64,000 nucleotides of DNA from Podarcis filfolensis (taxonomy: Eukaryota), in assembly GCA_964270895.1 (NCBI GenBank), contig OZ185450.1, one strand, 5' to 3'. Below the pieces are notes generated by a model. The model did not search any database, was not told where the DNA came from, and worked only from the letters and a program-made list of their open reading frames with translations. Both the position numbers and the translations under genes were made by a program. Numbering within the stretch: the stretch's first letter is position 1; every line of letters begins with the position of its first letter. Positions 36,284 through 49,102 of the stretch are shown in pieces.

Positions 36284-36609
36284 GTATGCGCGATGCGGGC
36301 GGCGGCGGCGGCGGCGGCAATGCCAGCTGCACCTTGAGGAGCGGGAGGGTTTTTTCTCCCACCTCAGGCGGTTTTTCTGTGGGGCGGAGCGCTTAGCTAA
36401 CAGTGGTTTTGGTGCTGCTGGGTTGGTGCGGGGTGGGGGCAGATTGAAACCGGCTTGGAGGGCGGGGGGGGGAGTGTTTGGGCGTGCCTCGTTTATTTGT
36501 GTTAGTATTTTATTTAACTCTATTCCCTCCCGAGGAGATCGAGGCAGGATAGGTGGACCTTTTCCCCACCCCCGTCTTATATCCTCACAAGAGCCCTGGG
36601 AGGTAGGCG

Positions 36610-36760
36610 AGGCCATAGTGGTGCAGCGGTTAGAGAGAATGTGGACCAGGGCTTGGGAGAGACCTGGGTTCAAATCCTCCCCACCCCACGCCTCCAACTC
36701 GGCCAAGTGACCTTGGGGGCAGGTCACAGCCCCTCAGCCTGACCTACCTCGCAGGGTTTG
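36610..36760 (+). mobile_element. MIR-like CORE-type SINE in ANKFY1 intron 1
   Basis: gtggtgcagcggttagag...ctgggttcaaatcc...gtgaccttggg...cctacctcgcaggg. Confidence 0.65.
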
Positions 36761-37169
36761 TTTTATTGGCGCCGTAAAATTTATAGACCATTGATTTTAA
36801 AAGGCACGCAAACAAAAAAAAAAGCACGCAAACACACACACATCAAAGCAGTTTACAAAGGATGAAATACTAAAATATAGAAAAATTCACAACCCTGCCT
36901 TCAAAATACAAAAGTTAAGATAACTGAAGCAGATTAAAAGTATCTCGGCTTTCTGGGTAGACTTTTAGCAGGTGCCAAAAAAAAAGAGTACGGTGAAGGC
37001 GCCTGCTTGTTCTCAATAGGCAGGGAGTTCCAAGGTGCACTAAAGGATCAAGCTCTTACAAATACGGAACGGGTATTATGTGGCATCTGTAAGTACTGCT
37101 GATTCCGCTGATCAAAGCCATTGAGTGGGTGCACATCTGATAAAGTAAACTTGTGCCGAGTTGTTGAGG

Positions 37170-37390
37170 GCTTCATATGCCAATAGTAACACCTTGAACT
37201 TGGCTCAGTAGCAAATTGGCAACTAGTGCAGGGCTCTGAGCACAGGTGTTATGGGTTGACGATGCCTTGCTGCTGTCAGCAATCATGCTGCAGCATTCTG
37301 CATGAACTGCAACTTCCAGATCAGGAGCACATTGCAGTAATCCAGTCTTGAAGTAATCGATGCATAAACTACTGTGGCAAGGCAAGGGTT
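37170..37390 (-). mobile_element. L2-clade LINE ORF2 fragment
   Basis: Minus-strand translation ATVVYASITSRLDYCN...KLQFMQNAAA is the typical L2 RT C-terminal motif. Confidence 0.8.
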
Positions 37391-40300
37391 GTGAGGAGGT
37401 CGCCTGGGAGTGAGTGTTACTTGGCCCTGGGTGGGGTGTTGTATGTATGCAGTGGGGCGTGAGAGAGACTTTTCCAACAACTCTTTCTGCTTGGTGAGTT
37501 AAGTAGAAGCTTATGTGTGGAAGTAGAGGAAGACTATCTTCCTAGAAAGGAGGTGTTTCTTTGAAATGGGGGAGTCATAGTGGCATCACTCCACCCCTGT
37601 ATGCATGCACCCACCCACCCACTTAGGAACATAAAGAGTCTGCCCTATACAATGTCACTTTCTACACTGACTGGTGGTAATGGTGTGTCCATTTGTCTAT
37701 CCTATCTCCTGGCATCTAGTGCTTTTAATTGAACCTAGGACCTTCTACATGAAAAAGTGTAGTTGGCCCCACTGAGTTACATGTGGGTAAATCCATACCA
37801 TAGATTTAAACTGCATTCAGCAAACACTTAAAGCACACAACCTCCGCCCTCCAAATAATCATGGGAACTGTAGTTTACCCCTCACAGATATACCATTCCT
37901 TATCAAACTATAGTTCCCAGGATTCTTTGTGGAAATATATGTGCTTTAAATGTGCTCTGGGTGTGTTTTTAATGTATGGTGCAGATCTGCCAGTCTCTCC
38001 CTCTAGTTGCCTACCAGTAGCAGCTTTCTAAGAGTCCAGTGGAAAATGCCATGGATTGAACCTGGCACCTTCTGCATTCAAATTCTGTGCGTATGACCCT
38101 TCCCATATCTCAGCTGCTTAGAACTCAGCTTGTTGCCTCGATTGTTAGTACTGTATCCCCTAAACAACTTCAATTAAGGCATACATTGTTTCCTGCACAC
38201 CCACAACAGCACAGCGGCTTTAAGACACTTTAGTAACTCTTCTGAACTTTTTGTAAAGGATTACAAAAATCACCTCCATATTATTTTGTGTATTCATGTT
38301 GCTTTTCTGTAACGTGTCTCTGCCCCAGGGAGAGTGCAGTCATTGTTATTATTTATACAGTACCCTCAGTGTGTATGGCCCTTCACAGAGAAGGCTGCCC
38401 AAGAACTGAAGTGGTGCTAGATCCCACCCAAAGCTGGGATCTACTTAGTAATAGTAGTCATGGCCCATGGGGTCCTTGGTGTGCATGCTATTTTACAGAG
38501 GCAAAACAAGGCAAGGGAAGGTTCTTGCTGGAAGAGATTCGTTCTGTTATGCATAACGCAGTCCGTGTGCTTGGTGCTTTATAGAATTACAGCAAGACAA
38601 CAGGTCTCTGCCTGAAACAGCTTACAATGTAAAAGTCTAGAGGTGGTGTGGAGGATGGAGGCAGAGGGGGAGGCAGGCTGAAGCCAAGGTTAACAGTGGG
38701 GAGGAATGTGCACTAGGTTTACTTGTATCTATGTGGGCTTCATTTCACTAGGAGATAAGAACTAAGGAACTTTGTGAAAGCATCCATAAAAAGTTAGCCT
38801 TTGGTGAGGGATATGAACAAAAGCAATTAAAAGCAAAGGGAAGTTTATTCAGTTGTTTCTTTTGCAGAGGATAGGAAGATGAGGGATCCTAGAATTGTAG
38901 AGTTGCACAGGCCCACAAGGGTCATCTAGTCCAACCCCCCCCCCCCCATGCAGGAATATTTTTGCTGAACTTGTGGCTCAAACCCACAACCCATCTCATG
39001 GATGTTTCCTTGAGCATTGGGGTTATGTGTGTGGTAGGGAGGGCCCTTGAATGTACTTGTTCCTGGAAAAATATAGCAGAAAATGTATGTAAGGGTTTGT
39101 ATTTCTTTTCCTTGAAGGAGCTTGGGGTGGCATACATACTTATCCCTTCTCACCTCTTATTTTCCTCCCTGCAAATCTCTGAAACAGGTTAGGTTGAGAA
39201 ACAGTGGCAGGTTCAAGTTCGTCTGGTTAATTTCATGGCTGATGTGGGATTTTGACCCAGCTCTTTCCATTTGTGGAAGGTTTCAGTGACATCAGTGAGT
39301 CTTCATTGGTAGTAAATGCACTTAGAATAGGGTGTTGAGTTGCATGAAGCAACCTAGGTTGCAGTGCTAAACAAATCCAGCCCAATGTACTATTTTGTAA
39401 ATATGTTTAAGACTACAGCTCATGTCATATTTTCATGGGGTCCTGTTTAAGGCAGATTTACAGACATGAAGTCCAATTTAGTTCAGTGGGGCTTCTCCCT
39501 AGTTAGTGTGTGCAGGATTGTGGCATTAGATTTAGAAAGGACTAGCTGCCAAGTAAGTGACCATAAGATTGCACCCATACCTAAATGCTAGTCTCACCTC
39601 AATGAATGAATGACCATTTCTTTAGGATCGAGCTGTTCAGTTGCATATCCAAGAACATGGTTTACTATCTTATTAACTATCTTAGTTTGGATGTGATGCT
39701 GAGCCAAGGAATGTGGTGTGTTTCTTCTGTGCTCTTGCGAAATGCAAATAGTTTCTGATTTACTGTGACATGCAAACAAAGTCACAGATTGCATATCCGT
39801 TTAGTAAATTTTTATTTGCTTTCCATATAGTCATTTCACTTTCCTGGGATGTTCAGAGATGACTTGGATTTTTTAAACAGTACTGAAAATTGTGCAACAC
39901 CTACATGTGATGATCTGGCAGATTTCACTGACTTCCTCTCACAGCCAGAGATCTGTCCACGCAGTTTCATTTCTCAGAAAGTTTTCTTGGGAGAATAAGA
40001 AGAACCCAGGTCTTCATAATGAAGAGACCTGCTTTTAAGGTTTCTTTCCCCTCAAATTTCTGAAGTGTTTGTCTTTGGTTGGTTTGCCCTCTGTGCCCTG
40101 GGTGAGCAAATGGTAGTAGATAAATAATCACAACAAAGTGTGGGTGGGCAAGTTTTTCCAAAGTAAATAGGACTTGGCTTAATGGTAAAAAGCTGTTGAG
40201 GCACTGTTGTGCAACAGTTTGGACTGCTGCCCACTTAAAGAAGTTACTTAGTTTATTGAGTAAATTGTTTGAATATGAATAACTGTGCACATGAAGGAGC

Positions 40301-40653
40301 AGTTCTGAAGAAAAACATATACTTCCCTGTTTTTAGATAATAGATATGTTACAGCAGTTAAGAGACATTCCCACTTGTGTTTGAGAAGAGATAAGTCCTC
40401 TAGTAAAAACACTAGCCATTTGCACCAGCTATATTCAAAATAAGGCTTCAGTTCTTTAGTTGATTGAGCCATTAAAACATGCTTTTTAAGTTAAAAAGGG
40501 GTTGTTTTAACATTCCATCCTCAGTCTGTGTCACTGAAGAACTGTATGTGTCATCTTTGAATATCAACCAGGCTGGAAAAATCCCATCTGGACATCTAGA
40601 GATCTCTTGCAAAAGTCTTCAAATAGAAGGAGATAAACTTTAGCATTGCCCTA

Positions 40654-40990
40654 AATGTGGGTGGCGCTGTGGGTTAAATGACAGAACCTAGGGCTTGCCG
40701 ATCAGAAGGTTGACGGTTTGAAACCCCGCAACGGGGTGAGCTCCCGTTTCTCGGTCCCTGCTCCTGCCAACCTAGCAGTTCAAAAGCACGAAGTGCAAGT
40801 AGATAAATAGGTACTGCTCCGGCGGGAAGGTAAACGGCGTTTCCGTGTGCTGCTCTGGTTTGCCAGAAGCGGCTTAGTCATGCTGGCCACATGACCCGGA
40901 AGCTGTACGCTGGCTCCCTCGGCCAGTAAAGCGAGATGAGCACCGCAACCCTGGACCTAATGGTCAGGGGTCCCTTTACCTTTACCTTTA
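40654..40990 (+). mobile_element. Sauria SINE
   Basis: Highly similar to 35351-35693 with a small internal deletion; three tail repeats. Confidence 0.9.
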
Positions 40991-41384
40991 ATAGTTGCAG
41001 TCAAGCTAATGGTATAGACCAGCCTTCTCCAACTTGGTAGCTACCAATCCCTGACCATTGGCCATACTGGATGGGCAGATGGAAGCTGGAGTCCAAGAAC
41101 ATCTACAGCTCTACAGTTTCCCCAACCCTTGCTTTAACAAATGGTTTATCTGCTGGCCAGCTAAGTAGTTGGTTTCTACAAGAAGCAACCACAACCTGCT
41201 CTGAATATATCTAGAGATGCTGAATGCTCTGCTGCAGATGAAAGCATTCCATGCAATGCCTAACTATGCATTATTCAGTGAAAGTTCCCTGATCAATACT
41301 GGTATCCTTCACTGCCTTAAAGTGATGGTGTGTGATTTTCTTGTAAAGCTTTTGGCTTTCTTAACCATGAAAGGTAAATTCTAT

Positions 41385-41515
41385 ATAGAATCATAGAATT
41401 GTAGAGTTGGAAGGGACCCTGAGAATCAACCCCCCTGCAACGCAGAAATATGCAGCTGTCCCATGTAGGGATCAAACCTGCAATCTTGGCATTATCAGCA
41501 TCACACTCAGAATAA
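41385..41515 (-). mobile_element. tRNA-headed SINE with CR1-derived tail
   Basis: catagaattgtagagttggaagggacc...ccccctgcaacgcag...gggatcaaacctgc; related copies at about 38899-39000 (-), 46876-46982 (+) and 56202-56270 (-). Confidence 0.6.
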
Positions 41516-42899
41516 CCGGATAATATAGTGGCAGTATTTAGATTGCAAGACTTCATTCTCCTTTTTTCAGTCCAAACTGAAGGACTCCTGGGAAGAGTTG
41601 CGGTTGAGTTTGCTTGGCTCATTTTGTTTGTTACAATTATTCATATTCTGCCTTTCAAGGTTGCTGAGAATTAAGATTGAACTTCATTAAAACATGCACA
41701 CACAATAAACAGCATGAAACTAAATGATTTGATTGTGGCCAAGTGCAGTAGTTAATATGGAAGGCAGCTGTTCCAGGATGCTTAAGGACCATGCATGGAG
41801 TCACTACTCACCAGTATTTATTGAATAGGGAATCCCTGCCCGTGTGCATCCTTTGTAGAGTTCCTTTTACTGTTAAACATACCTTGCTGGAGCCTGCACA
41901 GGATCCTGAGGTCTAAGGAGACATCATGTAGGGGCTGGTCAAACCAGAACAGGGTGCAGGGATTGCCTCTTGATGACCCTGGGGAGTGGGTGCAGAGTTC
42001 AGAGTGGCATACTGGCAGGCTATACCACTGGAACACCCCCTTCCTGCCCAGTATCCAACTCCTCATTGATAACCGACTATTGAAGCATCTCCTTTCACTC
42101 ATGGCCCTGACGCAGTCTGTTCCAAACCACTGGGCCCCTTCCCAGGGTCGTTTGCAGGCAGCTCCTCCAGCTGTGCCCCCCCCCCCCGTCCAACCAGCCC
42201 CTCCACGATGGCTCTTTGGGACTCATGACACACAGTTCTCAACTGCTCAGCAAGCCTTTCTTGCACACCCGGTCCCCTGCTCCAGGTATAACCTCAATTC
42301 TGGTGTAACTTTTAAAATTGCAGTTGCCTTTAAAATATTGGTAACCTCCTTCCTAAGAATAAATGCTTGGTACGGAATAAGTATACTACCAGAGTCTTGG
42401 ACTAGATTTGTAAGGATCGTGTTAGATGATTCAGAATTTCTTTGTTAACGTACACCTACTTTGCGATGTCAGTTCTTTATATCTACAACCAGTGTAAAAT
42501 GTGAATGGTGATCTTAGCCAAGCCTTGATGCATTTGCTAGCAGCGTATCAAAGCACAGTTAATGCCACATATCTGGCTTTTTAGCAAATCTTGCTGGCTG
42601 GTACTTAATGGAAACAATTAGTCATTCTTGGTGGATTTGACAGCATAAAGATCAATGAAGAAAGCCTCTTTAATGTCATCAGATGCAGTGTATTGATACA
42701 ATAACTTAGCATACACCTCCCCCACTATGAGGGTTGTTGAAGTGCAGCCTATAGCCTCAGACTTCCTTTATCATTGCTCATTTTGAAGGGTATCAAGTAT
42801 AAAAGCCAGGACGTTCCTTAGGCCTCCTACCTGAGATCCCCAGAGATGCCACGGAAACTGTTTGGGTCTCTTTAGGGACAAATTGTGATGGCAGCATGA

Positions 42900-43345
42900 C
42901 TGAGCTGTATGAAGTTATGGGTGGCATAGAGAAAGTGGACAGAGAGAGGTTCTGTTCTCCCTCTGTCTCCCATAATACTAGATCCCAGGCTCATCCAATG
43001 AACTGAACACTGGAAGAATCAAGATAGACAAAAGGAGGTGTGTCTTTTCACTGCACATGGTTGCACTATGGAATTCGCTCCCGCAAGGCATGGCTGCCAA
43101 CTCAGATGGCTTTAAAATGGTGTTAAGTCAAATTTATGGGGAGGATTAATACTATCAGTGGCTGCTAGTCATGGTGGTTATATATTGCCTCCAGTATCAT
43201 TGTTCATATACCTCTGAATACCAGTTGTTAGGGCTCATTACTGGGAGACTGCTGTTCCACACATCTCCTGCTTGTGACTGTGAGAATGTAATGCTGGATC
43301 GGATGCATCGCTGGTCTGAGCCAGCAGGTTCTTGGAGCAGCCTTC
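42900..43345 (+). mobile_element. CR1 LINE 3' fragment
   Basis: Decayed EKVDRE...RTRGH...DKRK...LWNSLP-type C-terminal coding sequence followed by 3'UTR. Confidence 0.65.
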
Positions 43346-44983
43346 CCTATCCTTGAGTCCCCAAATGATGTTGGACCGCATTTCCCATAATCCTTAACCA
43401 TTGGCCATGCTGACTGAGGATGATGCATGCTGTGGTCCAGAAACATCTAAGGACTCAAATTTGGGGGATTTTGTATGCAGAGTGTGTACTCTACCATTTA
43501 GCTGCGGCTAGTTTTTTTTTTTTTTAATCCTTTCGCTCTTAACTTACCTGAGGTCCCAACAAGCCAGAGTTCCAGTACTTCCAAAAGGTATTCCAAAAGT
43601 TTTGACTTGAGCAAGTCTCTGACATGTCAAAGTATGTCTTAAGAGCGGAGCTCTTAAAATTGATTTTAGTCCGATTAGGGATTAGGATTGGTCACTTCAG
43701 GGAATGCATTTCTGGGATTTTTTAGAATCTGAAAGACTGACACCAACAAAAATGTGCCTATTTTTTGCTGTGCTGGCCTTGTTCCTTTTCACCGGGGGTG
43801 GGTGGAGGTGGAGATTTGTATTGCCAGCACAAGGTGGGAAGGAATCTTCACACCAGGCAGGAGTATCGTTGGCATACTGTAGTTCTTTCTGAAGTTTCTG
43901 CTTTTGGAAATGTATTTATTTGTGGGAGCAGCAGGTGGATCTTCTGCTGATGCTTTAGTGCTCAAGTGCTCTGTGATGTTTAGCAGCGTGTTTACTGTAG
44001 AACTCTGCATCTTCAGAAATCCTTGCGTGTCATTGTCCTCACCTTTTATCTCAAGGCTTGTACACGCAAAACCTTTTTTTAAATAGTCCAGCATCTTTTT
44101 AAAATTGGGTGCCGCAGAGAGAATGTACTGATGAACAATCATACAGTGGAATGACTAATGGTGCAATCGTGTGCATTCTCAGAAAGCTCCTCTGTGTTTG
44201 ATGGAATCAAAATGAATGTTTGTCACAAACTAATTCCCCACAGAACTGCATGCAAAGGGACAAACTTGAGGGCATCTCCTAGTTTGGTTATTCCTGGCAT
44301 AGACCATCCAGTGTGATACCCTCCAGTTGTTGTTGGACTACAATTCTCATCATTCCTGACCATTTGCTGTGCTGGCTGGGGCTCATGGGAGTTGGAGTCC
44401 ACAACTTCTAGAAGGCACTGCATTGGCTATGCTGGCTCTGTGCCTTTGAAGCTGTATTGTACTGAGCCAGACAATTGGTCCATCTAGGCCAATACTGTCT
44501 GCTTGGACTGCCAGGGGTCTTCCCAGGCCTGGTACATGAGGCAGAGATAGATAGGACCCTAGATCCTTTTGGTTGCAAAGCACGTGCTACACTACTCAGC
44601 TGTTTATACAAATAAAGTGTTTCTATCCCACTCTTTAGCTTACAAAAAACACACACCAGTAGTTCCTTCCCTTCAGACTCAATATCTAAGAGACGTGACA
44701 CGATTGAAAAAGGATGAGGAGGGATGAGTAAAGAGGCAGGGAGGCAAACTCAGACACCAGTCTTACAGATCTTATAACAGTCAGCTGGGACTGAAGCAGT
44801 TCATGAAGCCTGTTGGAATGACTGCCGCTGTGTGAGTTGAGGGAGAGCCAAAGGCAGCTCTTCTCTTCGTAGAGAAGATGGAAAAGGCTCGCTTCCCTCC
44901 TCTCCCTGTGCTCTGCAGCCTGGTGCAGAGGTGCCAGTCGGCTTTTGCTCCACGTTTTGAATTTTGTTCCGTTGTCTTTGCAG

Positions 44984-45176
44984 AAGAGGTGGCCAAACTG
45001 GAAAAACATCTGATGCTTCTCCGTCAGGAATATGTCAAGTTGCAGAAGAAGCTGACTGAGACGGAGAGGAAATGCACTCTCTTGGCCGCTCAGTCTAACA
45101 AGGAGAGTGCCAGCGACTCCTTCATCAGTCGGCTGCTTGCCATCGTAGCAGAGTTGTATGAGCAGGAGCAATACAG
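44984..45176 (+). CDS. ANKFY1: ANKFY1 exon 2 (N-terminal coiled coil)
   Basis: ctttgcag|AAGAGG...TACAG|gtaaac; 193 nt, EEVAKLEKHLMLLRQEYVKLQKKL...LYEQEQY. Confidence 0.96.
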
Positions 45177-46264
45177 GTAAACGTGTGGTGGTGAAGACAG
45201 AACCATGGGCTGGGTTCTGCTGCTGTGTGAAGCAGAACTTAAGTTATGACCCCATCTGCCAAGCCATGGTTTGACTCTGACATTTGAATCCGGCCTCTGC
45301 CTTTTAAAGATTTCATCAGATTACCCACTTGGGCCTCAACCTTGTTTTGCAACCATAAGTGCTGTAAATTTGTACACAAATAAGCTTAACTTCCTTTCCA
45401 TTTTTTGCATCCATTACCAATTCTTCACTTCCACCAACACCCTTTCAGCTTTTACCGGGTACAGTCTCTTCTGAAATGCTGTGCCTCTTTTTCTCTTTGT
45501 GCTATTTTACACTATGTTTGCCATTTGCAAGAAAGCAGGGACAATGCATTAAGCACAGGAAGCAAAATAGTTTAAACACCTTTAGAGGACGCTTGCCTAT
45601 GTAGGCATATTGTTCACACATGTAACATGGAAGCCATTAGATTGCTTCTGAACATTGGAAAAAACAATGTTCCAAGATCTTATACTGGGTGAAATGCAGT
45701 CTAATCTAATCTTTCAGAAGGCAGAAACTCATCCTCCAACTTAACAGAATGGAAGCAAGGAGTTTCCTGTGTTTTCCTGCAGGGTAAAGTTAGAAACAAA
45801 CTCTTTTGCTTGTGTCAATTATTATTTTGTGTCAAAATAATTATTTTGTGTCAAAATAATTGATTCCAGGCCAAGCATGTATTTGTGGAGGATTGAGAGG
45901 TGCAGTTAATGGCCCTTGTAAAGACAGTGTTGCTTTAAAGTATTGCTGCTCACTTAATACATAAATGCAGCATATTTTGCTGGGAAACAGAGCCAGACAA
46001 ATGTTCTTTGCTTTTTTTTTTAAGTTTGAAGTTAAATATTTATCTTGGACAAATATACTTTTGCTTTGCTTCCTAAGCACTTCCTATTCTTCAAAACTGG
46101 AAGTTCATGCTGTTTTGGTGTTCAGTCTTTTTTGGAAAGAGAAAGGGGACACACCCTATAACTTGTTGCTCATAACTTTTCAGCTAGTGTGTAAGACCAA
46201 ATTTCTTAATTCACAAACCTCTTCCTTGGAACTAAGCAGAGGCTTGACAACCATATGTCAGGAG

Positions 46265-46359
46265 TGCTCTGATGGTGTTTCCTGCTTGGCAGGGGGTTGG
46301 ACTCGATGGCCCTTGTGGTCTCTTCCAACTCTATGATTCTATGATTCTATGATTCTATG
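46265..46359 (+). mobile_element. CR1 LINE 3' end with (ATTCTATG)n tail
   Basis: tggcagggggttggactcgatggcccttgtggtctcttccaactctatgattctatgattctatgattctatg. Confidence 0.85.
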
Positions 46360-46982
46360 TGTTTCATGTTTGCTGAAATGCAGAGATCACCGTTCTGCAT
46401 TATGCAGTGGTGGTGGTAAAATCACTTAAAGACTTTGAATATAGTACAGTGATTAAACATAAGACAGGCTCAGCCTTTCAGGCCTACAGGTTGATAGTCA
46501 TTTGTCAGTTGAGGGTCTCTCTTGTCAGCCCAAGCTCTGATAAACACTTAGCAAAGAAAGAGTTATTTTTCAGCTCCTAAACACTTTCTCACCAGACGTC
46601 TTAATGCACAGAACCTTGTTGGATCGTATTTAAGAGCCATCTAATTCATCATCTGGTTTTCACAAAGTGGCCAGGCAAATACTTCAGAGAGGCCCTAAGC
46701 AGGGCCTAGCGAACAGTCTCAATTGCTGGACTGCCTCTGAACCTTGATACTCCAATACTCCACGACAGAAGAAATGTGGGTTATAAATATATATAAAAAT
46801 ATGTTGCTGCCAATGCTGCTTGGTAGACCTGTCAGCCATCACCTGTGAATTGGTATAATCCCTAATTGCCCTGAGGGATAGCCCCATAGGGTGGAGCATG
46901 AGACTCTTATAATCTCGGGGTCGTGGGTTCAAACCCCATATTGCACAAAATATTCTTGCACTGCAATGAGTTGGAATGGATG

Positions 46983-47139
46983 NNNNNNNNNNNNNNNNNN
47001 NNNNNNNNNNNNNNNNNNNNNNNNNNNNNNNNNNNNNNNNNNNNNNNNNNNNNNNNNNNNNNNNNNNNNNNNNNNNNNNNNNNNNNNNNNNNNNNNNNNN
47101 NNNNNNNNNNNNNNNNNNNNNNNNNNNNNNNNNNNNNNN
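46983..47139. other. Assembly gap (157 N)
   Basis: Run of n in the sequence. Confidence 1.
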
Positions 47140-47637
47140 GTGGGTGGGTGTATATTCGGTCATAACGTAAGAGAAAAGAGATAGAAATGCTATGAAAGCT
47201 TGCTTCCTGTCCCAATACATTATATGTGTTACATAAAGACTATATAGGGTTTGGACTGGGTATCAGTTTAATGCATTCAATTTATTGAGAAGAAATAATA
47301 TGCAAGTTAGTATTGTTCTGTTTAATTAATTGTAGCTATAACATAGAAGCTTGTATAAATGCCATAGACTATTTGTTGTGTTTCTGAGGGGGGTCTATTT
47401 TGCAACCTTCATCAATCTGATGTCCTCCAGATGTTTTGGACTACAGCTCCCATCAGCCCCAGCATCATACAACTGTTGACGAGGTCTCATGGATAATATA
47501 TTGTTAGGATATTTGTGTTCAGTATACATAGCAGCTAACCTGGAGATTATGGGTATGATTGTTTTGTTTGGTTGTATTTTGTTTTCTATTTCAGCAACTT
47601 AAACAGGAATACTTGAGTGTATAACAATGTGCACTTA

Positions 47638-47907
47638 CCATATTGGCCCGAATATAAGCCATACTTCTTTTTCCAAATTCCGACCGTGAAAAGTTAAAGT
47701 GCAGCTTAAATTTGTGACCTTACAAAAATTTGCTTTTACGATATCGCTGCTGAAACAGACATACGGTAAAACGGAACAGGTGTGAGTGCCTGCGGAATTT
47801 TAAGGGAGCAGCTTATATTTTGGTATTGTCTTTTTTCTCCCTCCCCCCCCCACCAATTTAAAGGTGCAGCTTATATTCGGGTGTGGCTTATATTCGGGCC
47901 AATACGG
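47638..47907. mobile_element. Tc1/mariner MITE
   Basis: TA|CCATATTGGCCCGAATATAAGCC ... GGCTTATATTCGGGCCAATACGG|TA. Confidence 0.9.
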
Positions 47908-48983
47908 TATCAATGTATTCATTCTTATCATTCCTGTATATGTATCAACCACTAATGCCTTTTTTAAGCCATGTGAGCCCATCACTTTGACAGTGAGTTT
48001 AAATTTCCGTATGATTAAAATAATATTTCTGAAGCAAAAGGCACAGCTTTTTTCTAAGATTATTCTTAACATTTGTGGCAGTTATTTAAGGGGTGCCATT
48101 CCTTCCTATGTGGTGGTGCTTGCCATTTCCGGTTCTGTTTTTCTTTTCTTTTTACTTCTGCTAAATACATACTTTTTAAAAAAATGGGTGCTTGTTTAAT
48201 TGGCAGCATCCTTTTAGCCTCTTAAGAATTATTTTTTTTAAATCTGATGAGACACACGGTGTTAAATTACCTCATTTATCCCCCCACTTTTTGCTCTACA
48301 GCAATAATAAATTTATAAATCTCTGTCGTATTCCCCCATCACATTACCCACTCAACCCCACCCCACCCCCAGTCTTGCTTTAAACAACCTTCACATGGCT
48401 GTGAGCAAGCATGCAAATCCTTTAGCTATGAACCTTTTAATTGTTACCAGCACTGCCCAAACGGACAGGGTGGATCAGAGCTGCTTCCCCGATTGTGTTT
48501 TTTTTTAAAAAAAGAAATTAAATACAAAAGGTCCAGACATGCAGCCACAACTGGCCTGAGATGCAGCCTTGATGGTGTTAGAAGGGCCAGGCCCATTGTG
48601 GGTGCATCACTGAGAGAAGAGGAGATGTCGCTCTAATTCTTCTAACATTTTTCTTCTCAGATGAGCATTTTGCCCCTTAATCGCGTGCCTGGGAATAGCA
48701 AACAAGCCTAACTCGGTTAGCTTCCCTCCTTGTTTGTGCACAGCCAGCATTTTCTTATCCCGTTCACAAAGCGTGCAGACTCCCTGCTTCTTTCTGAAGG
48801 CTTCTTTGTGGCTGTTTGGGACCGTAAGAAGCCTGCAAAAGTGCCGTGGGGAATCCGCATATCGCCGCTGCTCTGCCTTTCTCCTCTACGGCAGAATACC
48901 CTGAGTTTCCTTGCTGTTGTGCAGAAGTTTGCAAAGTCATCTAAGCGCAGGTGTGTGTGTGTGTTTGTCTTGTGTTTCTCCAG

Positions 48984-49102
48984 TGACCTGAAGATAAAGG
49001 TTGGAGACAGGCGCATCAGTGCTCACAAATTTGTATTGGCAGCTCGCAGCGAGACTTGGAGCCTGGCCAACCTGGTGTCTACGGAGGAGCTGGATCTGTC
49101 AG
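48984..49102 (+). CDS. ANKFY1: ANKFY1 exon 3 (start of BTB/POZ domain)
   Basis: ttctccag|TGACCTG...TCAG|gtcggt; 119 nt, SDLKIKVGDRRISAHKFVLAARSETWSLANLVSTEELDLS. Confidence 0.96.

Larger units (their letters stand above)
35850..36560. promoter_or_regulatory. CpG-island promoter of ANKFY1
   Basis: Sharp rise in GC and CpG around exon 1. E-box CACGTG at 35980, GC boxes at 36006 and 36381, YY1-like AACATGGCGG over the start codon, no obvious TATA box. Confidence 0.85.

Noticed and set aside
41818-42448. 164-aa Pro-rich ORF and antisense ORF in ANKFY1 intron 1
   Set aside because: No recognisable protein; the minus strand has a faint GGVxVV-like trace suggesting a decayed LINE endonuclease fragment, too weak to call.
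46684-47220. Long ORFs spanning the N run
   Set aside because: Artefacts of translating the assembly gap.
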